Source: Candidatus Bathyarchaeota archaeon
GTDB taxonomy: Archaea > Thermoproteota > Bathyarchaeia > Bathyarchaeales > Bathycorpusculaceae
Assembly (NCBI GenBank): GCA_963717465.1
Contig: OY970340.1
Span: forward strand, 800,001 to 864,000
Reading direction: 5' to 3'
Length of the DNA stretch: 64,000 bases
The position numbers were made by a program, and so were the translations under genes. Shown here piece by piece: positions 62,209 through 64,000 of this stretch (positions within the stretch are counted from its first letter, which is position 1; every line of letters begins with the position of its first letter). Below the pieces are notes generated by a model. That model was not told where the DNA came from and searched no databases. It worked only from the letters and a program-made list of their open reading frames with translations.

Positions 62209-62950
62209 ACCAGTACTGCAACTTGAGAAGATAAACAAAACTTACATGCTCGGTAAACGACCAGTCACAGCTTTAATGAACCTCAACCTGACAGTAAACA
62301 GCGGCGAGTTTCTAGCGATCATGGGTCCTTCAGGCAGCGGCAAAACCACCCTATTAAACATCATAGGTTGCATTGACAAGCCAAGTACTGGAAAAATTGT
62401 GTTAGACGGCGCTGATATCACCAACACCCCTGAAAACCAGCTCTACAAGATCCGAAGAGACAAAATGGGATTCATTTTTCAAACCTTCAACCTGCTGCCA
62501 TACCTAAACGCAAGAGAAAACGTTGAGTTACCGATGGAGACGAGCATTAAATCTTCGGAAAGCCGAAAGAAGCGTGCCAGCGAACTGTTAGCAATGGTTG
62601 GTCTTTCAGGCAGAGAAGAACATAGACCACAGCGGCTTAGTGCTGGGGAACAGCAGAGAGTAGCAATAGCTCGTGCATTAGCAAACAACCCCGCCGTAAT
62701 TCTTGCAGACGAGCCTACTGGAAACTTGGACAGCCAGAACAAGAAAGATATCGTAAAATTACTTGCAAACCTGAACATTGACAGAGGAACCACAATAATT
62801 ATGGTTACCCATGATGGCCAAGTGGCTTCCCACACAGAGCGAATGCTGCTTCTAAAGGATGGAAAAATCTTGAAGGAAAAACAAGGATTACATTATGCAA
62901 AAAAAAGTGGTCAAGCTCCGACAAACACTTTGAATCAAACGAAAACGTAG
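62201..62950 (+). CDS. ABC transporter ATP-binding protein, LolD/MacB family
   Basis: GPSGSGKTT, FQTFNL, LSAGEQQRVAIARAL, ADEPTGNLD. Confidence 0.93.
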   Translation: MSKPVLQLEKINKTYMLGKRPVTALMNLNLTVNSGEFLAIMGPSGSGKTTLLNIIGCIDKPSTGKIVLDGADITNTPENQLYKIRRDKMGFIFQTFNLLPYLNARENVELPMETSIKSSESRKKRASELLAMVGLSGREEHRPQRLSAGEQQRVAIARALANNPAVILADEPTGNLDSQNKKDIVKLLANLNIDRGTTIIMVTHDGQVASHTERMLLLKDGKILKEKQGLHYAKKSGQAPTNTLNQTKT

Positions 62951-63115
62951 GTGCATTTAGGCTTCTTCAGTAAATTTCCTAGAAAAACTTCTTTTTTCTT
63001 TTTAAAATCAACGAAATTATTGAACTACGCAAGCTCAGCAATCTAGTAAGCATAAAACCTTAAATTTACACCAGTGAAGGAGCTTTAAACATCAATAAGC
63101 ACTTATATTCGATAG

Positions 63116-63313
63116 CTAAGGGATGCCGCGCTTTGAGCAGTAAAAGTTTCCGTTAATTCTCTCAAAATATGGACATTTTCCTCCATCGCAATGCTCAAGC
63201 CATTGACAAGGTGAACGAACTTCGTGTACTCTTGGCATGTACCCACGATAAGAAACTGAAAGGTTTTTAGGATCTAATTCTTCTAAAATCGTTCCCAAAT
63301 TTAAACACCTCAA
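63116..63313 (-). CDS. Possible small Cys-rich protein
   Basis: PCQWLEHCDGGKCPYF..FYC; start uncertain. Confidence 0.4.
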   Translation of the reverse strand: MRCLNLGTILEELDPKNLSVSYRGYMPRVHEVRSPCQWLEHCDGGKCPYFERINGNFYCSKRGIP

Positions 63314-63395
63314 AACTTTAACTTAATTTTTATAAAAATGAAAAGTTATTATTAAAATTGTGTTGCAAACACATAACAACAACAAAAACATATAA

Positions 63396-64000
<605 letters not shown>

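Noticed and set aside
1242..62835. Many antisense or overlapping ORFs in the track (e.g. 1242-1616, 4423-4917, 16965-17297, 44640-45059, 59735-60172, 62479-62835)
   Set aside because: They are shadows of well-supported genes on the other strand or frame.

Overview
Archaeal genome segment, most likely Bathyarchaeia or a related Thermoproteota lineage (inferred from HdrABC, RamA, WtpABC, Tfx/FmdE, a PQQ-repeat surface protein and a tRNA intron at a non-canonical position). Left to right: (1) 3' part of an hdrA-mvhD fusion plus hdrCB, a hydantoinase-family gene and the corrinoid activase RamA. (2) A ~20 kb Mo/W locus (8.2-28.0 kb): ModE-like and Tfx regulators, two FmdE genes around a type II ABC importer, WtpABC, an ECF transporter, and five membrane-anchored sulfite-oxidase-fold proteins that appear to lack the Mo-ligating Cys, a candidate extracellular molybdopterin/tungstopterin capture-and-import system. 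(3) Accessory genes, a PAS histidine kinase, intron-containing tRNA-Phe and an MtaA-like/CCG/ferredoxin cluster. (4) A selenocysteine locus: a 9/4-fold tRNA-Sec(UCA) with eukaryote-like loops whose CCA end abuts the stop codon of a convergent SepSecS gene. (5) Two toxin-antitoxin cassettes stacked behind tRNA-Val, each closed by a decayed copy of the tRNA 3' half. (6) tRNA-Ser, MarR, YyaL, an ArsR/ABC exporter module with a structured leader, and the start of pyrB. Several genes carry single-base frameshifts that look like assembly indels rather than biology. All calls come from motif recognition by eye; no searches were run.
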